DNA of 61,181 bases from Hydrolagus affinis (GCA_012026655.1 JAAILG010000222.1:62001-123181); one strand, 5' to 3'. Positions 26,572 through 39,862 are shown, counted from the first letter of the stretch. The notes: generated from the letters alone by a model not told the origin. Translations and numbers: made by a program.

Positions 26572-27695
26572 CCTATTGTCCAACCCTGCCATAATATTCA
26601 ATGCTGAGTATGGGTTTATTTAAAATGGATCTGTTGCGTCCAAATTATGCCGATTTTCAGTACAGTATTAAATGGAATGCTTTGCTTCTGATACTCTTGA
26701 GCATTTGATCAGAACCATGCAGGGAAAAGAGATTCTGCACTGCTACAGCTATGTTCTGTAATAAATATTACTCACGAGTGAATTCTGTACGATAGCAGAA
26801 TACAGCTGTCATTGTGCTGTGAAGAAATTGGGGCAAATGCCCATTCTACAGATATTGGCTCCAGCACCTTGGGCTCATAATCATTGGTAAACCTCAGGAG
26901 ATGATTATAAGGGTGTACTGATCACAGCTCTTGCTGAATAGATTCTAGTGTGCTTTTAACTGCCTGGCCACTTCCCTTCATCTGCTTCTTCCAACAATGA
27001 AATCTAGGATGCACACTAAGCAAGGAACAGCACAAATGCAAGTTTAAACCACTTAGTATTAAACATACCCTGAAGAAAGTTATCTATGTGTTATTTAAAA
27101 CAGAGCAAATCTTATACTGTATAAAGATTTATAGTAGATTAGATAAATACTGTTCATCAACAACAGTAGTCAGTGATATTTTCTTCAACAAAAGGAGTTT
27201 GAATACAACTTTAGATAATTTAATATTGATAAAGCATTTTGGGAACTGTATTTTTGTAAACTACAGGACATTTTCGAGCTGTTCAGCAATGAAGAAACCC
27301 AAGCTGTGTCACTATGGAAACCAATAAAACAGAACAGTATGAGCACTTGACCTAATGTGTTTTTTGATTCAATTATTGGAGATCATCCTGCACAAACCAC
27401 ACAGTTCATTGTGCAAAAGTCCAAGTAATTATTATGCATGATGCATACAAATCAATTCTCCAGCCCAGCAATGGAATATTGGGATTGTTGGCATGACTTG
27501 AAGAACCAGGCCAGTCACTGGGGGATAGGATTCTTTCCACTCAGTACCTGCTAACCCTCCAAGCTAACAAGGGTTTCAGTAGCTGGAGAAGCAGTGGGAA
27601 GCTTGCCAGTATCCAAGCTGTGCAGTTTTAGCTGGTTATCTCCAGCAGTTACCTCTGTGGTACTCAAGCCTCAGCTAATGCCAACCTACATCACC

Positions 27696-27757
27696 AACAA
27701 CAAACAACAACAAAATTACATTTATAGAGCGCCTTTCACGTCAGGGGAATGTCCCTG
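27696..27757 (-). mobile_element. L2 extreme 3' tail
   Basis: (caa)n aaattacatttatagagcgcctttcacgtcaggggaatgtccc. Confidence 0.8.
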
Positions 27758-30151
27758 ATCTAAACTGATTGGGATTAAGCAAACAGGTTTGACCTTCCAG
27801 GAGAGTACACTCTAAATGAGACAAACACAAACCATGCATACTCTCTCAGTGGTTTGTTTGGAGACTCATAAATATGTTGATGGGTTTCTATGTGTATAAG
27901 AAATGGAGCTGCCCCCCCACCCCCCCAAAACAAAATCTCAATAACATTGACTGCCTTCCATCATCAAGCATAAAAATAGTTAAGGTTATATACTGCACCC
28001 AAAATACTAATTACTTTTTTCGTGTACAATATTTATTTCAGATTAAATTTGTATTTGTCACTCCTGGTAAATAGTTTTATGCTAATAAGAATAAGATGAG
28101 ATATTTCCAACTCTTAATTTGGGGTCATTTTAGTCACCAAAGGAAGGTGAGTTCAGAATGACAATCTGTTAATTAAAAAGTTTTTCAATGATTCCTGAAT
28201 TCTGACATATGGGTTAACTCCGTTTGCCTGGATAGAAGCATTGTAGTGTGACAATTCTCTTGAGTCAGTATTATGTATTATGCTCAGTTTAATGATGTAC
28301 GAATTTTTGTTTGGCAGTTGTTCACTCTTCTGTACACTTATTGCTTCCCACTATTCATATAGGAAACCTCATCAAAGTCACACAGCACATAAAAAAATGT
28401 TCTTTTCCATTCATTACTTTTTCTAAGGACAATATTAACCTATATGTATCCAATGTGATCCTTTTGTTGCTTGATCTATGTTCACATCAGAGATTGAAAA
28501 CTCTTTGCCTCCATCAATCCAGTTCATTGTCAAGTCAGGACCTTGGCTACTGTCAAAAAATTCTAAATTATGTATCTCTGTTGGAGTAACTTAAGATTCA
28601 TTCATTACCAAGAAAAATGCTTTGAACTCAACTCTTCTTTTTATGATGGTAATCCCATTTGATAGATGATTGTGTAGGTTTCCAAATAACTTTCCATCTT
28701 ACTATCCCCCATGAGTACTATTGATGAGAATTGCTTTACTGTTGGCATTAATCACTTTGACCATCCAGAGCTTGACATTGGCATTGGGACACAGTAGCTC
28801 TGTAACAATCTTTAATATAATTTTAAATCCAATATATTCTGTAGCATTTGTATGACCAGACACAAAATGCTGCCGTAAAGTGCAAACCATTAGCATTGTG
28901 CAGTTAAGACACCAAATGGAAAATATTTGTTATCTTACGGAATTGACTGGTCCCACTCTACTATCATTAATCTCATCTATTTCCAACAGTAAACCTAACA
29001 GCCTAAGTGTGCATTCATCATTGATTGAGTTACCAGGGAAAGTGAAATATGATGTTTGTGTAAAACTATTTAGATCCCATTAGTCTACAACACAGCAGAA
29101 ACTTCCCCATGCCATGGGTGAGCAAATTCAGTGCATTAACAAATGCTTGTTTAAACAACTGTCCTAATTGACAGCGGGTTAATCAACAAAACCCAATGTT
29201 CAGTAAAAGGAACAAGAAGAAATATACACAAGTAAAATTTTTTCAAGTAAGTGTACTTGACTGCAAATGAAATAGAACAGACAGCTGAACCAGAATTGTA
29301 CTTTAAAAATCTTTGTCTAACATCATTCTGCTCTGTTCTTCTGTCTTTTTATTTAAACTCTCTTGGACATAAGGGTTATTATGAGTTCAGTTTTTCAGTT
29401 TATATATTTGCAGTATGGAGATTCTTAAGACAAAATGTTATTTATGCATTTTGTAGAATGAGTTGTACTATGCATCTTTTGTAAATTCAAAACTGATTGG
29501 ATAATGAAATTACATTTAAAAATCCCAGTCTATTATTAATTATTATAAATTCTATTATACAATACAATGATACATTTGATTAAATATTTTGATCAAATCT
29601 TCGGAGAAAATACCTAATAATGATAATTAATACCATTTACAAATGTATAATAACACTTTGGGCTAAGTTTGTGCATTTGGATGAAATAATAGTGAAACAG
29701 CATGTTTTAATGCGGATGGCAAATTCATAATTTGTCATATCACCAGGTAATGACCTCCAATTATTCATGAAGAGTATGACAGTTAGCTAATGCAGCATAG
29801 AAGGGCCTCACTTATTCAAAGGTTGATTAAAATTGACAAATATTGAAAATGGTGTGAAAGTTTGGAGATTGCTGTTGTTTGAACGTTACAGCACATTATA
29901 AACTGAGAACAAAACCATCATAGATTGAAGCTGCAGTATATGAGCATTGGGAAACAACATCACACAATAGAGAGTTGATCTGATTTGACAATCAGTTATC
30001 TAGGTCTCGACTCTTCAAACAATTGTGGTCAGTTGTGAGCAGCTTGCAAATAACTGTCATCAGATTGGCTGTTGTCACTTCTGTCCTACAATTTCAATGA
30101 GTGTCTCACTGCAAGGCTGCTGAACTCCTAATTGGACCTGCCATCTGGAGT

Positions 30152-30454
30152 GGAGCTCCTGTAGCTCAGTGGTTAGAGCACTCGCCTTACAGGCATGAGA
30201 GCTGTGTTCGAATCGAGGAAGATAAGGGCGAAACCTTGGGCAAGTTTCTTTACCCCACATGCCTAATAATAATCCCTCCAAAAAACCCACAATAATAAAA
30301 TCGGTCATTTCAATCTATGACTGTTTGTGGGACAATGCTGTGTGCAATTGGCTGCCGCATTTCATTTTACAGTATATTCTTGAAGCGCTTTGAGATGTCT
30401 AGAAGACATGAAAAGTACTATATTAAAATGCAAGGATTATTATTATTATTTATT
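30152..30454 (+). mobile_element. tRNA-derived SINE, full length
   Basis: A box tagctcagtggttagagc, B box gttcgaatc, accttgggcaagtttc, Deu 3' segment, tail gcaaggattattattatt. Confidence 0.93.
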
Positions 30455-30544
30455 GTTAAAAAAAACTTTTTATAAGATAATACAACCAAATATATTAAAT
30501 GCCTTTGTTCTCTAATGATTGAATAACCATGAAAAAATTGTATT

Positions 30545-31980
30545 GTGGTAATTTCTAACCTCTTTTATTTGCTGAAATGCTTTTTTCTGTTCTTTTTCCC
30601 ACATGAACTCTCTTTTTCCTTTTATCAGTTCCCTTATTGGTTCTTATTTTAGTTACTTTGGGAATAAATCTTGCTATCCAATTGACCATTCCCAAGAGCC
30701 TTTTTACTCCTTTTTTATCTATCGGTGTGGGCATCTTTTTTATTGCTTTTAGCCGATCAATTTTTAACCCTTGGGGGTAATTATACGTTCCAAGTAGTTT
30801 ACATCAGTTATGCCTATCCTGCGTTTTTCTTTATTTAGCTTTATATTTGCTTCCAAATATTTTTTCAATACCTTCTCCAACCTTTCATCGTGTTCCTTCC
30901 GTGTTTTACCATATATCAAAATATCATCAATATAATTGACCACCCCTGGTATTTCTTCTAATATTTGTGATAACTTTGTTTGAAACGGCTCTTGTTCAAA
31001 GGGCATTCTTCGAAAACAATACATCCCATACAATGTCATAAATATTGTCAAATACATGCTATCCTTTGACAATTTGACTTGCCAATACTCTGAAAAGCAA
31101 TGTAATATTGAGAAGTAACTAGTTCCATGTAGTAAAGTGTGCACATCTTCTAAAATGGAAATTGCGTAATATTCCCTCTTTATAGCCCTGTTTAACTATT
31201 GTGGATCTAAACAGATCCTTAATGATTTGTCTGGTTTCTTTATGATTACCACAACACTCACCACCTTTTTTTTATTATTTGGTCCCTTTCCATTTGGTAT
31301 AATTTGTCTTTCAGCTTTTTTTTATTGCTTCTGGTGCACTCCTTAATGGTTCAATTACTGGTGGTATTGTCTCATCTAATTGAATCGTATATTCTTATTT
31401 CATTAATCCTCTCCTTTCAAACACCTGTTTATATTGTTCTACTATTTCTTCAGTATCATTCCAACTTTGCCTATTGACTAGTTCATCTATTTCCATTTGT
31501 TTCTCTCTCCGTTGCTCTAATATTTATTTTTGGCACCTCTTCAATCCTTATCATCTCCATTGCCGATTCTAAAGTCAGGTCCCCTTTTCTCAAAAGCTTC
31601 CCTCTCAATCTCCTATCATTTATTCCAACTACTATTTGGTCATGAATCATTTTGTCTCTTAATGCTCCGTAGTTGCAATTTTTTACATAGGGTTCTCAGT
31701 ATCGCACAGTACTGATGAAATGATTCTGTGAGTCCCTGCTTTCCTGTACCAAACTTAAATCGGTCAATTATCACATTGTTTTTTCCACAACATTGTTCTT
31801 GCACAATATTTGTCAGCTCATTCAATGGCATATACATTTTGTTCTAGGGTTGCAAAATATTCCCTTGCTTCCTCATCTGCTACATTCAAAAAACGTCTGC
31901 TGTTCCTGTGGCTGTTTCATTACGATTCTCTTACCAGAATCCTTTTATACATGCATCCTCCGTATTCCATTGCCACTTAC
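30545..31980 (-). mobile_element. Decayed Ty3/Gypsy LTR-retrotransposon internal fragment (gag + RT, with stops and frameshifts; no LTR seen)
   Basis: Gag-like peptides FLNVADEEAREYF, KNNVIIDRFKF, MIHDQIVVGINDRRLRGKLL; RT peptides KKPDKSLRICLDP, YCFRRMPF, VNYIDDILIYG (YIDD at 30923-30934), KGVKRLLGMVNWIARFIP, EFMWEKEQKKAFQQIK. Confidence 0.93.
30764..31144 (-). pseudogene. Gypsy reverse-transcriptase core remnant ORF
   Basis: 126-aa ORF containing the YIDD catalytic motif and a KLNKEK motif; flanked by disrupted frames. Confidence 0.88.
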
Positions 31981-33679
31981 GTCGTGAAAGCAATATGCAA
32001 CAGTTCTTGTCACTTGTCTGGGCAATGTTGTAGTCCACATCATCATCCAAGCTACAGTGTGCCAGCTCACCAAACCATTCATTCAAACAGGGCCCAAAGG
32101 TGGTAATTCAGAGTCAAGACCTTTCTTGAGTCTACTTAAGCAATTCCACATGTAGCCATCTTAGTCATTTCTTTCAGTGCAGTGTCCAATCCCTTTCCTG
32201 TCCATTGCCAGTTGCCTTCAAGATTAATGCTTTAAAGGAGATGAAGCTTCAGCTGTCTCTATATCTCAATTAGAGAAATTTCTCTGTCTCAGCTACCATT
32301 CCCTTGCCTCTTATACTCCAGTGTGACCTAAATCCAGTGATAAACTACCTTACGGCTTTGTTCCCCCAAGGTGTGAATCTCTAAACATTTCAACCCATTA
32401 CAATCCAACTTTTCTCCAGCAACAACTTGATATACAGTATCTGATTAATTCACACTTGAAAATTAACGCTGTAAACTCAAACCATTCCAAACTCTTCTGA
32501 TAAGGACAACAGGTCTGTTAAAACTCAGCTAATGCAAGTTATAAATTTCCCAACCAATACATATTATCAAGCTAAATAAAAATAACCTCCCTATTCTTGT
32601 ACAGATATATTGTTTAATTGAACATACTTGACTCTAGACAAATGTAGGCAATATTTTTCCTCAGTTTCAGATGAGCTCATGTTCCCTAATTTCATTCCTT
32701 GGAATAAAAAAATTACTCACAAGTGCTACAGTATCAACTATTTTCCATGTGTTATACTCTGTGATATAAAATAACACTCGATATGATTGGGCCACCAATA
32801 CGTTTCTCCATAGCTGTCCATCTTTAAAGATATTTCCATCTCTTTCTGGACTTTTAAGGGATGAAATATGTCCAGTTGATAGGGTTTCCATCCTTCCACT
32901 TAACCCAGGGAAATTCCTTACCAACCAGCTGGAAGGCTGTCATATAGTGAAGGACATACAAATGGAGAAACGATGAAACAGAACAGTTTTCAACAAGGAC
33001 TTTGGCAAATAAAGCTATTTTCAAAGGAAAAAAAAATCTGACATGGTCATTTTCTTCCTGTTACTTTTCTGCAATGGAACTACATTTTGCATACTTAAAA
33101 CTCTAATTTGACATTATTCTGTACGGTAGCTAGCTGGAAATAACATATGTTTTCAGTTTATGCTGCACAAAGACTTAGTTTGTGAATCATTTCTACTTCA
33201 TGTGGTGAACCCCCATGTTGTTTTCTATTTTTACAAATGGTACTAAGCTGGTTCACCTACTGTTAAATACTGCTAGACATCTTTTAACATCTATTCCTGC
33301 TGTGCTAATAATTTTCTTCATTCAAAGGAAATGTATGTTCTTTTTTACTCCAATCGTGTTACGTTTTTATTATTCAAGTCTATGCCATACTTGTTTGCTT
33401 AAAATGTGTAGACAAGTCATCATTGGATCTCATTAATATATTCTTACGCAGAAGCATAGCTTCATCTCACTCTTTTAATCATTTAAGCTGTGAGGGCAAC
33501 AAGAGGAAATTAGGCACTTGAAGAGTGCAAATGTCAACTTGCTGGCTGCTTGCGTACCTCAACATCCAAGTAGACTCAGTAGCAGCACTCTTACATGGTG
33601 AACACTACCCTAACCATACTGCGTACATAATGGTGAAACAGCAGCACATTTCCCATCCACTTTCTTACAAGCTTTAACC

Positions 33680-33795
33680 ATGCTGATGCATTGGGGGATC
33701 AAATATTGGGTCAAATGGATAAGTACACATGAGCTGTGGTTCAATGGGCCAAAGGGCCATATGCCTCAGTCTATTCTTCACCTGTTATGATTCTG
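33680..33795 (+). mobile_element. Probable CR1 3' end fragment
   Basis: aatgggccaaagggcc...ttatgattct terminus. Confidence 0.4.
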
Positions 33796-34662
33796 CAAAG
33801 ACATATGGCTATTTTTAACAGAATTATTTAATTAAGGAAACCAATCAAGGAGAACCTTGATCTGACAATCAGATCACATCAGAGCTCCTGTTAGTTTTCG
33901 TGAAGTGCTTCTGATTTCATTCTTGACTGTATCCCTGAGATCTCCTTTGAAACCGTTCTTCCAGATGTATCCCTCACCCATTTGCCTCAGATCACCACCA
34001 TTGTTCAGCCCACTCCACATGTCCAATTGCCAATACTGCAAGTGTTGAACATTGCGCTGTTTCTCATGCAAGAAAAAAGCAATCGAACAGCTTGCAAAGT
34101 GCAGAGAAAGGAATCTGCTTTACTGTAAATATTAATAAAGCTTGGGCTTCATCCCAGCCTCCACAGCCTCATTGGGCTATGAAGGCTAGGCTAGCTTTGT
34201 GTTCCCCTGATTGCTAGGTTAGTAATTCTGTTCCCTTTATTGTGTTCCCCACAAGAGGAAACATCAGAGAAATCCTGGCTCTGGCAATTACAGGCAGCTG
34301 GACCAGCAGGGAAGAGACAAATTGCTTTGTGGGATGGGGAAACAGAAGTAGCAGGAAATGTTGGCTGATTATTATTGCTGCTTCCACACTTGTCAAGGTG
34401 GCAGCTTCCATTTCTGCTGAGGGGTATTCAGTGGAGCAGTAGTAGACAACGTTGCCCGATTCAGTGAGATGGAAGATGCAACTGTGTTAATTCACCAAGC
34501 AAGACCAAGGCCTTGCCATGCTCATCTGAGTGTCTCTTTGTGAGAAGAGTAATAGTGGCAAGTTGGGAGCTCACATCAATATCAGGTCAGCCATTCCTAG
34601 CAAATGAAATGCATGTGTGGCATTTCAGCCTATGGCAGGAGAAAATCCCATATCAGGATGTT

Positions 34663-34682
34663 GTGTGTGTGTGTGTGTGTGT
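34663..34682. repeat. (GT)n microsatellite
   Basis: Read directly from the sequence. Confidence 0.9.
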
Positions 34683-34832
34683 AAGAAAGAGTTGTACATG
34701 AGATAAAGTAAAAATATAAAAACGCAACAAGCAGTTGCCTCAGCAGGTGAGAGTCCTACTGTTAAAATACAAAAATGTATCAGCTGTTCACGAGATCTTT
34801 GATAGAGTGCGCTTAAACCATGAACTTAAACC

Positions 34833-34882
34833 TTGAAACATCCTCCCAGTGTGAAAGTCACTGTACAAATGTATTGTTATTG
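34833..34882 (+). mobile_element. L2 extreme 3' tail, diverged
   Basis: acatcctcccagtgtgaaagtcactgtacaaatgtattgttattg. Confidence 0.6.
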
Positions 34883-35670
34883 CTTTTGATTCAGTACATG
34901 GCAATGATGGTTGATCCATCGTAAATAATGCCAATTCTAGTTCTCCAAAACTATAATCTTTGGACTATGCGGAAACTGAAACATCGAAAGAAAAGATAAT
35001 GTAATTTAAATCTGGCAATTTTTTTTTTTTTTAAATCACACAACACCAACTTCTGAAAGGTTCAAAAAACAGTTACACAATTATTTTGAGAAAAACGTTT
35101 TTTTTTGCTTAATTTGACTGGTCTCAAATCAGTTACAAAGCTCTGAATTTTTGCTTTGTTTGCTTCTTGTCATGCTGTCTTGAAACTGTAAGTAATACTG
35201 TGAAAGAACAATACTTTATGACATCTGCGTTGACGGCCAGTGACTCCACTATCTCCCTCCAGCACATTATTCATGGAAACGCTCAGTTTAATTAGCTATT
35301 TAATATTGTAGTCAAAACTGGGTCATCCCTGTGTCAAGCCTCAGAAAATTACTCAGCCAGAATTTATTTCCAAGCACCCTTTCTAATTCTATGGAAATCA
35401 TTGCATAACTTGCACATTGCTACAGTTCCAAATTGCGTAAAAATGCCAGCTGAATTGGTTAAAAGGCAACCTTTATGAAAATATGAAGCCTGAACAAGCA
35501 TGTACTGAGCTAAGAGAGTGCAATACTTTCACTGTCATTTTGCCTTTTGAAAAATTGAAGCATTTTTATATGTAAATATGCCTTACATGTTTTCAAATGC
35601 ATTTCCCTCAATTTGCTTAGGATATTTGTAGCTACAAAGCTTGGCAGATTGAACCAATGGTGCCTTTGGT

Positions 35671-35734
35671 TCAATGCCTTGGGACGTCCTCCCAATGTGA
35701 AAGGCACTCTATCAATGTAATTTTGTTGTTGTTG
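35671..35734 (+). mobile_element. L2 extreme 3' tail
   Basis: gccttgggacgtcctcccaatgtgaaaggcactctatcaatgtaattttgttgttgttg, close to 44120-44182. Confidence 0.85.
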
Positions 35735-36144
35735 ACAGTGCAAGTAAGATGGAATTCAAGAACATAGTTGGGCTCAAAATAGTTATAGTACTTTGGAGCA
35801 GACTTGCTTGAAGTCTTTGTTATAAACTCTGGTTTTTCAAACAAAAGCAATTCTCTCTTTTTGGCTCAGGTAAATTGGCAGCACACAGTTTAGGAAACTT
35901 ATTTTCCCCCCAATGTCAACATCAAATGCTTTCTGGTGAGGGATAAAATGCCAAATCCATTGGCTTTAATGGGCGATGTATATGCCATTTTCTGCTTGCT
36001 AATTTCAACTTCTTTTTCATACACATTATTGTGCTTTCATTGCTTTCAAAAGGGCAAATGTTTTTATGCAATAGGCATATTTTGCCATATTCTGCCCCCA
36101 TCTTCAACAGTCCACGCTCAAAGGAATCAATGTCAAATTACATA

Positions 36145-36377
36145 CATAGAATCTACAACAGTGAAACAGGCCATGTAGATTGATAAATCTGTGCTGCTGT
36201 TGTTTATACTCCATGCATCCTGATCCCCTCTTCCCAATCTCCCCATATCCCTCTATTCCTATTTGCTTCATCTGCATCAAGTTTCCTGTGAAATGCATTG
36301 AAGTTTTCCATTTCAATTGCAGCTACCGGTTCTGACTTATACATACTCACCACCCTCTACATAAAGAACATCCTCCT
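36145..36377 (-). mobile_element. CR1 3' end (ORF2 terminus + UTR)
   Basis: catagaatctacaacagtgaaacaggccat...tgtttatactcca...ccccatatccctctattcct...aaatgcat...catactcaccaccctctacataaagaa. Confidence 0.8.
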
Positions 36378-37790
36378 ATTTGGTGCCAAAAGAAAGGTGC
36401 AGAAAATTTCAGCACCCAAGGGTATAACCCAGCAATTACTGTACCTGCAAACCACTTTTGAAACATTTTGACTTCGTAGGTACAATCGCAAATTCAATCA
36501 TTATTATTGTAAATACGGTGAAGCAAAACATAACTAACAGTAAATTGATATGGTTCTGTTCAGTTTTGCTCATTAATCCATTAGAAGTAGAGCAGTAGCT
36601 TTCTGTTCTGTCAAGTGAAACCGTTCTGTACTTTGCACAGTGGTGCACCTGCAGCCTATTGAGGCAAGAACACATTGTTAGATGAGTACTGTATTAATAT
36701 TCATTTGGCTTAACAGAATGATCATTGCAGCATAAAACACAAACCTAATTTTAATGTTTTCATTCTTGATTATAATGCTAATCCTTACGCGTGATTTGGA
36801 TCATAAATATACAAATGGCATTGAGCCCAATACAACTCAACTCTTGCTTGGAAAATCCTAGTTTAAAATGTGATGTTTCCAGGTTCTGCCCTTAGTTCTA
36901 AGCGAAATTGTCAATTTAGTGTCAATTAGTGTCCAATTATGGACAGTTTTGTGTTGTGGATTCTAGGCCATTGGGAATTGGGATAAAACTGTCCAAATTC
37001 AATTCCTTGTGAACAAGCATTGATTGCTGTGAAGTGATGTGATCATTACCTGTCTTTTGTCATTAGCTCATAGTGACCTACTGTTGACTGAAATTGCTTG
37101 AAAATCTGGTTCCGTGTGGCTTAATTTTAATTTATTTCAACAGTATGTAGGAGAGACCCAAATGCACAGAAACTCATCTCTGTTCAATCATTGATAAACA
37201 CCTGTTTATGCATTTTAGCTATCAGTAGCAATCACTGTGACATAAACTGGTAAAAAGGCCACTAATGATCCATCCAGAGCTCCAGATAGGTGCTCTCAGA
37301 TAGAGAGCATTCATTTTCAAATTAGTTTTTCTGTGCAGATACAATTATGAAATTTAATTAGTGCCAGGAACTTGACACTGAAGGAATGTTCTGTATATTG
37401 AATAAAAAGTTCTTTGGACTCTCGTATTTCCCTTCAATCCACCTCCTTCACACCATCTGCCTCAGTGATTCTTCCAAAACGGTTCCCCTGGTGATATCAC
37501 CATCGCCACTGACAGCTTAAACAAAAACAAATTAACAAAGACATTAAAAACAATAGGATGTTCGAGTCAACTGATTTGACTTTTAAGAAGAGAGACGTTT
37601 AAGTGCTCCTAGTTGCTGTCCCTGTGAACAGCATGAAATGAATGCAAGTTGTTGTTGCAAGTGAAACCTAGTTTTGAAAAAATATAGAATGGGAAGCTCT
37701 TAATATTATTTAATTTCTTCATGGTCTGTTTTAAAATCCCTATATTAACCATTTGGTAATTGACTAATATTTCTGAGCAGAATTACAGTT

Positions 37791-37985
37791 GTACGTAATT
37801 GGCCAAAGGGTTTTGCTCACAACATGTACAGTCCATTCACTTTACAGTATAATCTGTGAAGCATTTGGAGACATCTCGAAGACCTGCAAGGAATATTATT
37901 GCAGAGGGACAATTGTTGACAATGCTACTTGAAATGACCAATTTTATTATTGTTTTTTTTTGGAGGGATTATTATTATTAGGCGT
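37791..37985. mobile_element. Rearranged SINE: 3' part on + (37791-37900) and middle part on - (37929-37985)
   Basis: ttcactttacagtataatctgtgaagc...tgcaaggaatattatt followed by ttgaaatgaccaattttattattg...ggagggattattattattaggcgt. Confidence 0.8.
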
Positions 37986-38203
37986 AATAAGTGGTACATG
38001 TGCAGTAGAACATCCACCATGCACTCATGTTGCTAACATATGGATTTAGGTTGATGGGCTGTAGATTGTTGTAAGCTGGTGAACTAATGAGACCAGCAAC
38101 ATCTTGTATCAGGCTGAACATTGTACATGTGCAGCCTTGATAATCTTAAACTATCTTCATTTTGTTTGTTTATTGCCATAAACCAATAAAATCTCAATTG
38201 AAG

Positions 38204-38335
38204 AATAATCATCCTTTCATTTGATATGGGGCCTTTCACGTACAGCGGATGTCTCAAAGCACTTCACAGGATGTGTATTTGGTAGGTCAATGGAGCAGCT
38301 GGTTTGTGCACAGCAACAGCACACAGTACTTGCAG
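38204..38335 (-). mobile_element. Older SINE 3' fragment
   Basis: atcctttcatttgatatggggcctttcacgt...gatgtctcaaagcacttcacag...gcagctggtttgtgcacagca. Confidence 0.7.
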
Positions 38336-39649
38336 GAAGACCAAATAGAATTTTGACTATTAGGGACAAATATTTCAAAAGTTAAAAGAAAATTGTACAT
38401 AGTTTTGGATAGATTGCTTGTTTTTAAGTAAGAAACCGTGCGGCTAAATTCACAGAATCATAAACTGAGGTATTTATTTACAGATTATTTATTGCGATAC
38501 AATTATCCAATATCTTCACTTGTGCCATTCGGAAAGATTTGATAGGTAATCTGCATTCTATCCATATTGTAATAGCTTCCCTAATAGGAATTTGATACTC
38601 AGCCACTTTCTTCTCATTTTTCACAACTAAAATTTCCCAGCTCCTCAGCAGAGACAAACAATTACTCTTCACCTCTTACCACTACTAAACAAATAAGTTA
38701 GTACTCTACTGCACAAATAAACTCCTCAGCAACTCACAGTGATAAAGGACAAATGGTTTAACTGAGGATTCCGGTGCCTAACTGATTACTAATTAAAGAT
38801 TAAGTTAAGTGCACAGTGCAAATAAATCTTCAGAATTGGATTTCAAAGAGCAAAGTAAAGGACACACTGGAGCAAACAGAAGTGCTTACTGCAGTGAATG
38901 CTCCAGCACCACAGGTCACAAAAATGAATTGAAACAACTGTACAAAAATTCAAATGGATGCAAGTAATGTGTAAAATCTCTTTAGCAATAAAGCAGAGAT
39001 GGATGAAGAGGAAATATTGCAGAACAAATTCAATTTTTTCCAAAACTATAATTAAAAATTGATTTTGAATCTATAATTGTATTTCAGATGAAAGATGAGG
39101 ACCACAGACACTCTAGGTTCAAAGGAACATAGCACAACACTTCCATTTATAGATTTTAAAATAATTAACAATGAAACAAACTTTACAAATAAGGTGCTTT
39201 GAATTGTCCCCTTTCTAACTGATTCGGCAATGAGCATTGTTTTGCATAATGGTTCCATAGAGATCTTGTATTGCAACAAATTCCCTTTTCCAATTAAACC
39301 TGCTTTGCTTTGGGAGTCTGCTCACTCTGAAATGAATTGTTGCCCTTGAATTTAGCCTTTTAAAAGACCTCAACCATTTTTGTTTAAACTGATATGCAGT
39401 GGAATTCTCCACTTAGTCTAAATCTGTGGGGGGAAATAAGACTCATATTCATGTCAAATGATGATGCTTTATTCTCGTGCTTTAATATTTAAATATTCAA
39501 TTGCTTGCTTGCGCTGAATTTAGAATTTTTCAATTTTATTCCTTTGAGATGTATTTTTTGGTTTCTATTTTAATCACTTTGAAAAATCACACACAGGTCA
39601 TGCATGCCACAACTAAACATGGGTCTATTCCCCTACTCACCGCCCTCTC

Positions 39650-39706
39650 ACAACAACAGCAACATTACATTTATACAGCGCCTCACCTCGGGAGGACGTC
39701 CAAAGC
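39650..39706 (-). mobile_element. L2 extreme 3' tail
   Basis: caacaacagcaacattacatttatacagcgcctcacctcgggaggacgtccaaagc. Confidence 0.8.
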
Positions 39707-39862
39707 TTGGTGGAAAGTTGCAGTGGTTAGAAAAATACTCCATTTTGTACAAACAAAGCAAATGGAAAGCTAGGAAGAAATATTGCGCTGTGCAAGTGTT
39801 TCCTCATCAGCTGATCAGAAACAATCACCAAGGACCTATGTCATAGGTGAATACTATTCAAT

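Noticed and set aside
30152-30225. tRNA-like sequences with A and B boxes (also at 3420-3492, 23135-23206, 41915-41987, 47068, 58890-58960)
   Set aside because: Each continues into the same SINE body and is diverged, so these are SINE heads rather than tRNA genes
32100-32620. Possible 5' LTR or leader of the Gypsy relic
   Set aside because: No second copy, PBS or TG..CA boundary could be identified
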